Assembly (NCBI GenBank): GCA_051747805.1
Contig: JBNJGP010000066.1
Span: 1 to 15,446 of the forward strand
DNA from: Candidatus Muiribacteriota bacterium
Lineage (GTDB): Bacteria > Muiribacteriota > Muiribacteriia > Muiribacteriales > Muiribacteriaceae
Direction of reading: 5' to 3'
DNA: 15,446 bases
The translations under genes and the position numbers were made by a program. The notes under the pieces were generated by a model. The model was not told the DNA's origin, did no database searches, and saw only the letters and a list, made by a program, of their open reading frames with translations. Shown piece after piece: positions 15,346 to 15,446 of the stretch (the first letter of the stretch is position 1; each line of letters begins with the position of its first letter).

Positions 15346-15446
15346 TTATTCCTCCGAAACAGCTTTCATTGACAAATTAATTCGATTAAGGTCATCAATT
15401 TTAATTACCTTAACTTTAACTTTATCGCCGACACTTAAAACATCGG
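15346..15446 (-). CDS. pnp: 3' end of an S1-domain protein, most likely polynucleotide phosphorylase (partial; not in the ORF track)
   Basis: The - strand reads DVLSVGDKVKVKVIKIDDLNRINLSMKAVSEE*. IDxxxRINLS spacing fits the PNPase S1 C-terminus. Tex or another S1 protein cannot be excluded from 32 aa. Confidence 0.65.
   Translation of the reverse strand, partial: DVLSVGDKVKVKVIKIDDLNRINLSMKAVSEE

Overview
AT-rich bacterial chromosomal window, probably from an anaerobe; taxonomy cannot be fixed from the sequence alone. The + strand (1-13748) is tightly packed: 3' end of hpt, an MBL-fold hydrolase, an acyl-CoA/acyl-phosphate cluster (buk1-coaD-ptb1-ptb2-hisC-buk2), five less conserved genes (578-aa protein with a duplicated ~45-aa module, a minimal biotin ligase, a HEAT-like repeat protein, a tandem GNAT, and a PH/SHOCT-like protein with a degenerate class III cyclase domain), and rpmB with its own promoter. 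The - strand converges with the 3' end of a probable pnp, a STAS-TPR fusion and thiN. Most notable: (i) a perfect 18-bp inverted repeat pair in two intergenic gaps (6314-6331 and 10680-10697) bracketing a 3-gene block, with the right copy part of an 11-7-11 palindrome; (ii) a doubled ptb/buk operon with a HisC-family aminotransferase where Bacillus has leucine dehydrogenase, and one Buk with a remodelled acyl pocket; (iii) a likely pseudo-cyclase translationally coupled to a GNAT; (iv) an rpmB terminator hidden in the thiN coding sequence. I found no RNA genes, CRISPR arrays, transposases or recombinases. All domain calls come from motif recognition by eye, not database searches.
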